From the NCBI GenBank assembly GCA_030627205.1, contig DAOUSN010000004.1, forward strand, positions 1,244 to 65,243: a stretch of DNA of 64,000 bases. Direction: 5' to 3'. This document shows, piece by piece, positions 21,109 to 30,250 of the stretch. The notes under the pieces are model-generated. The model saw only the letters and a program-made list of their open reading frames with translations. It searched no databases and had not been told where the DNA came from. Source of the stretch: Methylococcaceae bacterium. Its GTDB lineage: Bacteria > Pseudomonadota > Gammaproteobacteria > Methylococcales > Methylomonadaceae. Every line of letters starts with the position of its first letter. Position 1 is the first letter of the stretch. The position numbers and the translations under genes are program-made.

Positions 21109-21639
21109 CTAAGAGGAAACGATATTTTTTAAATATTTATATAACAAACGCACTGATTTGAGTGGTTTTTCTGTGGCTAACTCTTTTTTAGCATTACGTT
21201 GCAATTGTCTTAAATGCTGAGAATCAGCAGCTGGATATTTTTCTAAAAATTGGGTTAAAACTTTATTGTCATCATCACTCATTAATTTATCTCGCCAATT
21301 TTCAGCTTGATGATGTTCTCTGGTAGCATGAACACTTTTACTATTATATCGTGCTAATTTTTCTTGAATATCATTCAGTTCAATTTTTCTAAGTTGCCCA
21401 GTAATATATTTCATTTCCCGTTTGCGTGCAGCTTTATACGGCATTTTTGCAACCTGCATAAGAGCTTGAAAAATATTATCAGGTAAACCAAAATCATTAA
21501 GCTGCTCAAATGATAATGAGGTCATTTGCTCGGCTATATCCAAAATAGTCGCTATATTTCGTTTTATTTTCGTTTTATTAGGGCGAACCGCATAATTAGT
21601 GACCTCATCTTCTTGCTCGTTTACATAATTTTCTGTCAT
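21109..21639 (-). CDS. yjgA: Ribosome-associated protein YjgA/DarP (DUF615)
   Basis: 176 aa. RKREMKYITGQLRK and LRQLQRNAKKE...KPLKS...LYKYLK blocks parallel E. coli YjgA. Confidence 0.85.
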   Translation of the reverse strand: MTENYVNEQEDEVTNYAVRPNKTKIKRNIATILDIAEQMTSLSFEQLNDFGLPDNIFQALMQVAKMPYKAARKREMKYITGQLRKIELNDIQEKLARYNSKSVHATREHHQAENWRDKLMSDDDNKVLTQFLEKYPAADSQHLRQLQRNAKKELATEKPLKSVRLLYKYLKNIVSS

Positions 21640-21642
21640 CTT

Positions 21643-21843
21643 TTAAACCATCGCGATCAAAAAAATTATAAAAATAATCACAAAACCGATGGGGACTAAT
21701 AATCCTACCCAATCCGATTTTGCATTATGACTTTGTTCTAGGGTTGCTTTAATTCCAGGTTTCATCCAAAAAATGAGTATTAAGCCGAATAAACCTGCTA
21801 ATAAGGCTTCCCATGTTGAATATGATTCCATATATTTGCTCAA
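21643..21843 (-). CDS. Small two-TM membrane protein, unknown function
   Basis: 66 aa with two hydrophobic helices. Ends 3 nt before the yjgA start. No recognisable family. Confidence 0.4.
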   Translation of the reverse strand: MSKYMESYSTWEALLAGLFGLILIFWMKPGIKATLEQSHNAKSDWVGLLVPIGFVIIFIIFLIAMV

Positions 21844-21917
21844 TATAAATGTAAGATGGGCTATGTTAACATAAACAATCCTTTCCTAGTTTGCCTATCA
21901 ACAAGGTTTGTTGATGA

Positions 21918-22934
21918 TTAAAAAGCAGATGTTTTTAGATTAATTAATTCCCTGCACAGCGTTACTATTTCATCAACTTTAATTTCTTTAATTGAATCAT
22001 CCTGTTTATTAAGCTTGTATGGATTAACAATAGAAGAGGATTTAATCACTTTATTGATATGAGTTTGATAAACACGACTAATAGGTGTGCAACCAAATAA
22101 TATAATTGAAGCTTTATTTAAAGCCCATGCTAGATGCGTAGGTCCAGTATCATTACCTAAAATTAAATCCATTTTAGCAATTAATGCTTTTAAATCATTA
22201 AGATTTAATGCTGGTAAAATTTGTACATAATCAGAACGTGCAGCAATCCATTCAGCTTTTTCTTTTTCAGCATAATTACCCCAAATAATTAAAACATTTT
22301 GTTGTAATTGTGTGGCTACTTGCAAAAATTTTTCTTTAGGATAATTACGACTTTCCCAAGTTGAACCAATAACAAAAAGTATATTCTTACTATTTTTTTT
22401 AAGGTATTTTTTTAATAATGGATTATTATCATTAAAATATAAAAAAGATTTTTTTTGATGAATTTGTTCGGGTGTTATTGAAAAACCTAAAGATTTAGAT
22501 AATATTTTTGCATTACGATCAATAGTATTTGTATCATAAGGACTATGAATTTTATTGGTATAAAAGTAAGTCGCTAGTTTTTCTCGAACGGATTTTTTAT
22601 CAAAACCAACGACATTTTTACCTAAAAATTTAGCGGTAACGGCAGATTTTAATAGACCTTGTGCGTCAATTATTAAATCATAGTTATTAGAAGCGGCATA
22701 GCGACGAACTTTTTTAATTTCTTTCCACAGTGCATTTTTTTGATATTTTAAGGATTTTAAATTAACGGTTAAAACTTGATTAATATCAGGGTGATAGTCT
22801 AATATACTTGCAAAACGTTCTTCAACTATCCAGTCAATTTTAATGCTTGGATCATGGGCTTTAATAAATTGCAAAGCAACCATGGCATGAATAATATCAC
22901 CTAAAGCCGATAATTTAACTATCGCTATTTTCAT
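21918..22934 (-). CDS. waaC: Lipopolysaccharide heptosyltransferase I
   Basis: 338 aa. KLSALGDIIH, IDWIVEERFASI and IIDAQGLLKSAV parallel E. coli RfaC blocks. Confidence 0.82.
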   Translation of the reverse strand: MKIAIVKLSALGDIIHAMVALQFIKAHDPSIKIDWIVEERFASILDYHPDINQVLTVNLKSLKYQKNALWKEIKKVRRYAASNNYDLIIDAQGLLKSAVTAKFLGKNVVGFDKKSVREKLATYFYTNKIHSPYDTNTIDRNAKILSKSLGFSITPEQIHQKKSFLYFNDNNPLLKKYLKKNSKNILFVIGSTWESRNYPKEKFLQVATQLQQNVLIIWGNYAEKEKAEWIAARSDYVQILPALNLNDLKALIAKMDLILGNDTGPTHLAWALNKASIILFGCTPISRVYQTHINKVIKSSSIVNPYKLNKQDDSIKEIKVDEIVTLCRELINLKTSAF

Positions 22935-23016
22935 GATTAATAATAAGCTTAAAAATGATGGTTACCACACTATATACAGTAATACCAAGCGTGGAAATAG
23001 TTGTGTAAAGAATGCC

Positions 23017-23370
23017 TTATTTTTTATTATCATTTTTCCATTTTATATTAACTTTAAAACTAGCTTCACTTTCAACAGAAGAAAATACGATACCTGCTTT
23101 ACCAGTAAAACTAATCGCAAATTCTAAACTAATTTCATCTGGCGTATTAATATCTTTTAATGATGATAATAAAGCATTGCCAATAGGAGCAATACTTTTA
23201 ATGGCATCATTAAAACTGCGTGGAGCAGTTACAATGTTCTCTTCATCAGAACTATTTCGACTACCACCACGACTAACATGTTGCTTTATTTGGGTTTCAA
23301 CCTTTGTTTTCTCAAGCTGCATATAAGCAAATTCACCATTATCCAGTTTAAATTCAATCATATTTTTCAT
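23017..23370 (-). CDS. trypco2-like (CU044_2847 family) small protein
   Basis: 117 aa. N-terminal IEFKLDNGEFAYMQLE and C-terminal PDEISLEFAISFTGKAGIVFSSVESEASFKVNIKW match the trypsin-co-occurring domain 2 pattern (...vevEFgvkl.aeaG.vi....aea.fkV.l.W). Confidence 0.65.
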   Translation of the reverse strand: MKNMIEFKLDNGEFAYMQLEKTKVETQIKQHVSRGGSRNSSDEENIVTAPRSFNDAIKSIAPIGNALLSSLKDINTPDEISLEFAISFTGKAGIVFSSVESEASFKVNIKWKNDNKK

Positions 23371-23410
23371 AAAATATACCCTATTAAAAATAAAAAAATA
23401 GCATTAGTTG

Positions 23411-23788
23411 TTATCCTAAAATAATCCGTAATATAGACACTAATGCAGTGAGTGCTAAAAATAAAAAACCTAATTTTATCGTCCAAATAGCGGTAATTTT
23501 ATAAGATTCATTTTGTACATAATCTTCAATGACAACTTGCAAACCTAATGCGGCATGATAAAACGCGGCAATAACAAAACTAATGGCTAATAAACTATTC
23601 AAAGGTTCAGACAACCATGCACTAATTTGATTGTAATTAGCATTGTTAAGTTGTTTAATAAATGCAACCATCCAAAAAGTTAACGGAATTAATGCTATCG
23701 CGCTAATACGTTGCATCCACCAATGATTGCTCCCTGTTTTAGCAGAACCTAAACCTAAAACATTAGCAAGTGGGGTTCGGTAATTCAT
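23411..23788 (-). CDS. sdhD: Succinate dehydrogenase hydrophobic membrane anchor subunit
   Basis: 125 aa, 3 TM, HWWMQRISAIAL motif. Starts 8 nt after sdhC. Confidence 0.85.
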   Translation of the reverse strand: MNYRTPLANVLGLGSAKTGSNHWWMQRISAIALIPLTFWMVAFIKQLNNANYNQISAWLSEPLNSLLAISFVIAAFYHAALGLQVVIEDYVQNESYKITAIWTIKLGFLFLALTALVSILRIILG

Positions 23789-23796
23789 GGTTTTCC

Positions 23797-24171
23797 TTAA
23801 ATAAAAAGTAATGAAAAAATAGTTAATACCAGCGCAGCAACAAGCTCTATTATTGCATATTTATTCATTGTTTCTTTTTCAAATGAAGCCCCTGTATCCC
23901 AAATCAAATGACGAATACCATGGCAAAAATGAAAAAATAAAGCGTAAATAAAAAGAGCAAGAATCAATGAAATAAAGGTATTATTTACTAAACTTTGTAA
24001 TTCAAGGTAGCTTATTTCACCTGCTGCGATAGCATAAAAACTATACACAAAAAAGAGTAAACCTATTGCTAAAACAGTTCCTGTTATTCGATGAGTGATC
24101 GAAATAATTCCCGTAAGTGGAAGTTTATAAACTTGTAGGTGCGGTGATAGAGGTCTATTATGTGATTCCAT
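23797..24171 (-). CDS. sdhC: Succinate dehydrogenase cytochrome b556 subunit
   Basis: 124 aa. RPLSPHLQVYKLPL and SITHRITG motifs, 3 TM. Confidence 0.88.
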   Translation of the reverse strand: MESHNRPLSPHLQVYKLPLTGIISITHRITGTVLAIGLLFFVYSFYAIAAGEISYLELQSLVNNTFISLILALFIYALFFHFCHGIRHLIWDTGASFEKETMNKYAIIELVAALVLTIFSLLFI

Positions 24172-24305
24172 AGTATTTTATACTAGCTTAAAAATAAAGA
24201 GATAAGTTACACTATAACAGACAAATGCTATTGAATTTAACCCTATTAAGCTAAAATAAAAGAATGATTTTTTAAATGTTCTTATATCATGTCCTCTCCA
24301 AGTGA

Positions 24306-24962
24306 TTAGGTTGTAAATCCTGATTGTTGCAATAAGGTCATAGTGACTTGACTACAAGGTTCTGCTGCCGTTTCACCTTTTATGAGTCGCTCCATATATC
24401 GTGCTAATAAATCAACTTCGATGTTGATTTTTGAACCAACCTCACTATCGCCTAAAGTTGTTTCTTTTAAGGTATGGGGAACGATATTAACACTAAAAAA
24501 TGCACCCTCGACGCTATTGACAGTTAGACTAATACCATTAAGACAAATTGAACCTTTTTCTGCAATATATTTCGCTAAATTATCAGGTGCTTTAAACTTA
24601 AAACCAATAGAACGCGCATCCGTTTTTTTTTCAATAACTGTTGCAATTCCATCAACATGCCCACTTACAAGATGCCCCCCTAAGCGAGTCGATAATGTCA
24701 ACGCTAATTCCAAGTTGACTGATGTTCCAATTTGTGCAAAATTTAAGGTTGTTTTAGAAAGACTTTCATTAGATACATCAGCACAAAAATACTGCTTCCC
24801 TAGTTCTACAGCGGTTAAACAAACGCCATTTACTGCAATGCTATCCCCTAAAACGACATCATCTAATGGTAAGTTACCTGTATCAATAGTTAAACGATAA
24901 TCACCACTATGTTGTTGTATTACCGTAATCTTACCAATCGCTAAAATAATTCCTGTAAACAT
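24306..24962 (-). CDS. ribE: Riboflavin synthase
   Basis: 218 aa. MFTGII N-terminus and an internally duplicated lumazine-binding barrel. Confidence 0.93.
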   Translation of the reverse strand: MFTGIILAIGKITVIQQHSGDYRLTIDTGNLPLDDVVLGDSIAVNGVCLTAVELGKQYFCADVSNESLSKTTLNFAQIGTSVNLELALTLSTRLGGHLVSGHVDGIATVIEKKTDARSIGFKFKAPDNLAKYIAEKGSICLNGISLTVNSVEGAFFSVNIVPHTLKETTLGDSEVGSKINIEVDLLARYMERLIKGETAAEPCSQVTMTLLQQSGFTT

Positions 24963-24980
24963 AAAAGACCTTAATTCTTG

Positions 24981-26570
24981 TTAATAATCATGCTGATAGT
25001 CACCAATAATATCTAAAGTTTGGTCATAAAAAGCCGTTTTAGTTTCCATCAATCCTAAAAGTGTATGAAAAATATTATCATGTGAATAAGCATTGGACGC
25101 TGATTTTTTTAACCCATTAATATCAATTTTATAGCCTTCACCAAACCACATCAGAGCAGCTACATGTTTTTGTTCTTTAGGAGCCATAAAATAAGGAAGC
25201 CCATGTAAATATAAACCTTTTTCACCCAAAGATTCTCCATGATCGCTGATATAAAACATCGCTGTTTCAAATTTAACCGTATTTTGTTTTAATAAAGTAA
25301 TCACTTTTGATAAAAAATAATCTGTATATAAAATAGTATTATCATAGGCATTATTAATTTCTTCAGTACTACATTGCTCTAATTGATTGGTTTTACAGGC
25401 AGGGGTAAATTTTTCAAAACTTTTTGGGTAACGTTTATAATAAGCAGGTCCATGACTTCCCATTTGATGGAGAACAATTAATATATCTTTATTTGAGGTT
25501 TTATCAATATGCGTTTGTAAGCCCTTTAACATTCCTTCATCACGACATTCTGGTTCACAGATAGTATTGGTGTCAGCCGTTTTATAGTCCTCATAAGGCA
25601 CTCTTAGCGCCACTCCTTTTGAGTCAGAATTATTATCCCGCCACAAAATACTTGCTCCCGCATGTTGTAATATATCTAATACATTTTCAGTAGATTTAGC
25701 TATATTTGCATCATAGTCTTCTCGTCCAAGATGTGAAAAAAGGCAAGGAACAGAAGTTGCTGTTGAAGTACCACAAGAATACATATTAGGTAAATTAATA
25801 ATATTTTCTTTTTTTAACAAAGGATTGGTTTCACGGTGATAACCATTTAGTGAAAATCTATCTGCTCGTGCAGTTTCCCCAACTACTAAAATAATTAATT
25901 CTCTATCATTATCACCTAAAGCAGTATGGGCATTTTGACTTATTTTTTTAAAAGCTAGTTCTTTTCCTCTGGTTAATCTAGTAATATATTGCCCTGTTGC
26001 ATATAAATAATACAAAGGATTAGTATAATACCGAATAGGTTTATGCTCTCTAACAAATGATAAATAAGCTTTGCTAAAGGTAAAAAACATAATAACTAAA
26101 ATAATTAATACCGTTGATATTACTTTTAATTTATGAATTAAATTTATTTTTAAAGTGTAATAGTTAACCTCCACTTTAAAGATAAAAATAGTAGGAAGTA
26201 ATCCTAAGAAAAATAAATAACCAAGCAACTTTAAACTAAATAAATCTAAAGATTCATTTAAATTAGTTTCAATAATATTTTGAATCATATTATCATCAAT
26301 AACTAAATGATAACTATCCATAAAGTAACTACTTAATGAAGAGATTATAAATAAGCTGATAATAATTGCTTTCAAAGTTTTTTTTGAACTTAAAAGCGTT
26401 AACAATAAAACAATAAAACAAAATAGAGCAATAGTTAACGAACCGATAAAACCAATAGTTTTCCAAGAAAATGGATAACTATCTAAAATGGCTTTGAAAA
26501 AAGATTGGTTATAAAAAACTACTAAAAAAAATGAACTAATACAAATTAATTTAAATGGTGTAAACCGCAT
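24981..26570 (-). CDS. eptA: Phosphoethanolamine--lipid A transferase (EptA/MCR family)
   Basis: 529 aa with five N-terminal TM helices and a sulfatase-like domain. Motifs YSCGTSTATSVPCLFS, HQMGSHGPAYYKRYP and SDHGESLGE. Confidence 0.85.
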   Translation of the reverse strand: MRFTPFKLICISSFFLVVFYNQSFFKAILDSYPFSWKTIGFIGSLTIALFCFIVLLLTLLSSKKTLKAIIISLFIISSLSSYFMDSYHLVIDDNMIQNIIETNLNESLDLFSLKLLGYLFFLGLLPTIFIFKVEVNYYTLKINLIHKLKVISTVLIILVIMFFTFSKAYLSFVREHKPIRYYTNPLYYLYATGQYITRLTRGKELAFKKISQNAHTALGDNDRELIILVVGETARADRFSLNGYHRETNPLLKKENIINLPNMYSCGTSTATSVPCLFSHLGREDYDANIAKSTENVLDILQHAGASILWRDNNSDSKGVALRVPYEDYKTADTNTICEPECRDEGMLKGLQTHIDKTSNKDILIVLHQMGSHGPAYYKRYPKSFEKFTPACKTNQLEQCSTEEINNAYDNTILYTDYFLSKVITLLKQNTVKFETAMFYISDHGESLGEKGLYLHGLPYFMAPKEQKHVAALMWFGEGYKIDINGLKKSASNAYSHDNIFHTLLGLMETKTAFYDQTLDIIGDYQHDY

Positions 26571-26760
26571 TGAATATTAATAGATGGTTTTCTTGATACG
26601 AATGAGCAACTGAACTAGCAACAATATAAATCATATAGTTAGATGTTTCATATTTTTGAGCATTGTAATCAAGGCAATGACATCTAACGCTAATCAATCA
26701 GTAATTTTTATGCAATGTAACTATGACCCCCTTGAATCCCTTTGCGGAATATTGATTTAA

Positions 26761-26837
26761 TGGTGTCCCCGACAGGAATCGAACCTGTAACCTGCTCCTT
26801 AGGAGGGAGCCGCGCTATCCTGTTGTGCCACGGAGAC
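26761..26837 (-). tRNA. tRNA-Arg (anticodon CCU)
   Basis: Reverse complement reads GTCTCCG TG GCAC..., anticodon arm GCTCC-CTCCTAA-GGAGC, T-arm GGTTCGATTCC, acceptor CGGGGAC-A-CCA. 77 nt. The 3' half is close to E. coli argW. Confidence 0.92.
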
Positions 26838-26886
26838 ATTTTAATTTACTATTATATCTTATATTAAGCTAATTTTGATTTTCCAG

Positions 26887-27429
26887 TTATTCTTTTACTG
26901 GACGTTTATCTAACTTTCTTTGTAATGTGCGTCGATGCATATTTAAAGCCCGTGCCGCTGCGGAAATATTACCTTCATGCTGCATTAATACCGTTTGTAA
27001 ATGCTCCCATTCTAAACGTTTTACCGATAATGGTTTTTTCTTAATTACTACTGAAGAATCACCTTGATTCTTATGTAATGCATTCGTAATTTCATCCGCA
27101 TTCGCTGGTTTGGTTAAATAATGAATAGCGCCTAATTTAATCGCTTCTACAGCCGTTGCTATACTCGCAAAACCTGTTAACATCACAATACGAGTATTAC
27201 TATCTAAAGAAATTAGTTTCTTAACCATTTCTAATCCTGAATCATAACCAATTCGTAAGTCGATAATCGCATATTCTGGTTTAGTTTCTTCTGCTAAAGC
27301 AATACCAGTTCCTATATCATTAGCGACACAGACATTAAAATTTCTTTTTTCTAATGCTGGCTTGAGAACGCTACAGAAGGTTTCGTCGTCATCAACTAAA
27401 AGTAATCGTAAGTTACCAATCCCTGTCAT
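26887..27429 (-). CDS. regA: Redox response regulator RegA/PrrA/ActR/RoxR family
   Basis: 180 aa. Receiver domain (LLVDDD, IIDLRIG) and the hallmark HTH NISAAARALNMHRRTLQRKL. Confidence 0.88.
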   Translation of the reverse strand: MTGIGNLRLLLVDDDETFCSVLKPALEKRNFNVCVANDIGTGIALAEETKPEYAIIDLRIGYDSGLEMVKKLISLDSNTRIVMLTGFASIATAVEAIKLGAIHYLTKPANADEITNALHKNQGDSSVVIKKKPLSVKRLEWEHLQTVLMQHEGNISAAARALNMHRRTLQRKLDKRPVKE

Positions 27430-28777
27430 CTGTTTTCCCTTTATTAATTAAAGGTAGTTTTATTTCTACACAGCCCCCACCTGTTTTAGGCTGATTACGA
27501 AAGTCTATTGTCCCTCCTAATCGATTAATCGTCGTACAAACTAAAAATAATCCAACACCAAGACCTTCTTTCTTACTTCCCATCGGTTTTGCTCCCGTAT
27601 AGTTGAGTAATTCTGGTGGCAATCCTTTACCAAAATCACGAATTTCAATAACAACGTTCTCATTATCCCAGTAAGTATATAATTCTATTCCTTTATCTGG
27701 ATTTGTCGCTTCACTAGCATTATTTAATATATTAATAATTGAATGCGTTAGGGTTCGTTCTGCAATAATTTTCGAGGGTAGGTAAACACACGGTTTAGCA
27801 ATTAATGATAATTTAGCATTAGGTTTTTGTGTTCGCCATTGTGATAAAACTTCATCAATATATTCAACCAACCCCATTATTTCACCTGATTCTGCACGCA
27901 TTTCTCCACCTGATGCAGACATAACCGACAATGCAGATTTACAACGAAGAATTTGTTGTTCTAATATTTTCATCTTGTTTTGTAAATCAGGAAAACGATG
28001 TACTGAGAAATCTTGTAGTACTTCGTGGGTAATAATTGCCATTGTCCCTAATGGTGTTCCCATATCATGCGCTGCACTTGCCGCTAAAGTTGCTAATGAT
28101 ACTACTCGCTCATTACGAAGTGCAGTTTCTCGTGCCTCCGCCAAAGTACGCTCACTATCTCTAAGTGTTTTTGAGAGTTCAACCACAAAATAAGCTACTA
28201 ATCCCGCGCTAAAAACAAAGCCAAACCACATTCCAAAAATATGTAAATTAAAATATTTTTTATCACTTAACATATGAAGTTGATGCTGAATTTCAGGTGA
28301 GAGTAACTTGGGGTCAGATATATGAGGTTCTATTGCAGGCAATGGTACATTATAGGCAATTAATATCGTATAGGCTGATGATGTTAAAATAACCATGTAC
28401 CACGCATAAGATTGTGGCAACATAATACCTGTAATAATTAAAGGGAGTAAAAATACCCAAATAATGGGATTTGATGCTCCACCTGTTAAATATAACATTG
28501 TTGCAAGCCCACAAACATCAATAACAAGTTGTGAAAAAATTTCTAATTCAGTTACATCCTCTTTTGTCTTTAACCGCATCCAAGTATAACAATTGACGGC
28601 AATAATTGATAAAATTACCATCCAAAGTTCTTGTTGTGGAAGTTTTATTCCTAAGCCAAAGATCGCTAAAAAAACGATACCAGACTCGCTAATAATCATT
28701 AGGTTTCTAAGAATAAATAACCATTGTAAGTTTTCTCTAATAGAAATTTGTGTTTTAGGAAGAACTCGTGCCTGCAT
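27413..28777 (-). CDS. regB: Redox sensor histidine kinase RegB/PrrB/ActS/RoxS family
   Basis: 454 aa with a multi-TM N-terminus carrying the GGASNPI quinone-site-like motif. H-box AAHDMGTPLGT, redox-box-like LRCKSAL, and an HATPase C-terminus. Overlaps regA by 17 nt. Confidence 0.85.
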   Translation of the reverse strand: MQARVLPKTQISIRENLQWLFILRNLMIISESGIVFLAIFGLGIKLPQQELWMVILSIIAVNCYTWMRLKTKEDVTELEIFSQLVIDVCGLATMLYLTGGASNPIIWVFLLPLIITGIMLPQSYAWYMVILTSSAYTILIAYNVPLPAIEPHISDPKLLSPEIQHQLHMLSDKKYFNLHIFGMWFGFVFSAGLVAYFVVELSKTLRDSERTLAEARETALRNERVVSLATLAASAAHDMGTPLGTMAIITHEVLQDFSVHRFPDLQNKMKILEQQILRCKSALSVMSASGGEMRAESGEIMGLVEYIDEVLSQWRTQKPNAKLSLIAKPCVYLPSKIIAERTLTHSIINILNNASEATNPDKGIELYTYWDNENVVIEIRDFGKGLPPELLNYTGAKPMGSKKEGLGVGLFLVCTTINRLGGTIDFRNQPKTGGGCVEIKLPLINKGKTDDRDW

Positions 28778-28786
28778 GGATGTGAA

Positions 28787-29941
28787 TTAGAGAGATTTTT
28801 GATTATATTTAAAATCTTTTATCCAGCGCATAATTCTTAATAACATTTTTTGAAATTCATCTGAATCAATCGGTTTGGTCAAATAGGTTGTACAACCTGC
28901 AACAATCCCTTTAACTTCATCGAGTGGTGATGTTTTTGCCGTTAACATAATAATAGGTAATTTAGCCATTTTTTCTATTTTACGAATTTGTCCACAGGTT
29001 TCAAAACCATCAATACCTGGCATCATTACATCAAGAAAAATAAAATCATAATATTTATTAGTCAGTTTTTCTAACGCTTCTTCGCCACTAAATACATAAT
29101 CCACTTGTAACGAAATACCTGATTTATTTAATTCAATTTTTAATGCTTTATGCATCATTTCACTATCATCAACAATAAGAACATCGTAACCTGTTAGCAA
29201 TTTATCATTATCATTACTATCAGATCTGGAAATAATCATATTATCAGCATCAGCAAAAGATTTTAATATCCTAAGAACCACATGCGAGTATTCTACTGCT
29301 TCACTTTTAGTCGTTGGCATGACGATAGAAGAGCGATTATTTGCTTTTAGACTGTTATCAATCGCTTCAAAATTAGCGGTCTCTGCATCAACAAATAAAA
29401 AATCATAATATTTATCATTAATTTTTTGAATAGCAAATTCATCATTCAAAGCAAAATCAATATTTAATGGTATGTCAGATTTAAGTAATTCATCACGTAA
29501 TAATTGACGATTATCTTCATCTTCATTAACAACTAAAATATCATATTGCCCCCCAACATTAACACTATCACTATCAACGGATTGTTGTTTTTCTAATTGT
29601 GGTTTAGAATCATCTTTAACGGCTAAATTAACTAAATCTAAAATTTTTAAAACCCGACTAAGCAGAAGAACCCCTTGTATATGATGTTCATAACCTTCTA
29701 CTGCCTCACGCCCTGCTGTTACCACTGGTAAGGGACCATATTGCTGTTGATAACTTTCCAGCTTTTTTAAGGCCGATTCAGCGGCGGTTTTTACAATTAA
29801 AAGATCAATATTTTCATCTACCGCAAGGTCTTTTAAGTGATAAGAGCGGTCACGTTCTAATCCCGCGCCAAATATCCACTTAATTTTTTCTTGTTCATGG
29901 AGAGAAAAGCCAATAATTCCAACACTAATATTTATAGACAT
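28787..29941 (-). CDS. Stand-alone protein with three tandem receiver-like domains (only the C-terminal one canonical)
   Basis: 384 aa. The C-terminal REC has VDDS, FLDVMMPGIDG, MLTA and LTKP. The middle copy (VVNEDED, FLFVDAETA) and the N-terminal copy (LLIVKTA) are degenerate. No output domain. Ends 9 nt before regB. Confidence 0.75.
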   Translation of the reverse strand: MSINISVGIIGFSLHEQEKIKWIFGAGLERDRSYHLKDLAVDENIDLLIVKTAAESALKKLESYQQQYGPLPVVTAGREAVEGYEHHIQGVLLLSRVLKILDLVNLAVKDDSKPQLEKQQSVDSDSVNVGGQYDILVVNEDEDNRQLLRDELLKSDIPLNIDFALNDEFAIQKINDKYYDFLFVDAETANFEAIDNSLKANNRSSIVMPTTKSEAVEYSHVVLRILKSFADADNMIISRSDSNDNDKLLTGYDVLIVDDSEMMHKALKIELNKSGISLQVDYVFSGEEALEKLTNKYYDFIFLDVMMPGIDGFETCGQIRKIEKMAKLPIIMLTAKTSPLDEVKGIVAGCTTYLTKPIDSDEFQKMLLRIMRWIKDFKYNQKSL

Positions 29942-30250
29942 AATTTATATTTTTGGTAGGTAACCGCTGCTTGCAATAATATTAATAATACCACAGCATG
30001 AGGATAAAATGGAAAGCAACAAGACTTTGTATTATCTTTAAGTTTGCTAAATTAACAGTGTAAGTAAATATTGCATCCTTCATTGTTCAGTTTGTAGTTT
30101 ATTAATGATGCCATTCCTTATTTAAAGTATAAACTAATGGATTAAAAATATTAAAATTTTCTCTACTTTTAAGTGTATGCAATAAAATTAACGTGCTTTT
30201 TCCTCATCTTGAGTTAAAATGAAATACTTGGTTTTTGATTTAGTAACAAC

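Noticed and set aside
24382-24900. 172-aa plus-strand ORF inside ribE. Similar antisense ORFs occur at 2702..3022, 13181..13498, 13904..14146, 15346..15642, 23012..23326, 27975..28193, 34620..34838, 51469..51693, 54631..54912, 56650..56859 and 63359..63577.
   Set aside because: All lie fully within well-supported genes on the opposite strand and have low-complexity, motif-free translations. These are typical shadow ORFs in AT-rich DNA.
26571-26760. Looked for a genomic-island boundary (direct repeat of the tRNA-Arg 3' end, or an integrase) downstream of the tRNA
   Set aside because: I recognised no partial tRNA repeat, and no integrase or recombinase ORF exists in the track. The adjacency of eptA is reported only as a low-interest finding.
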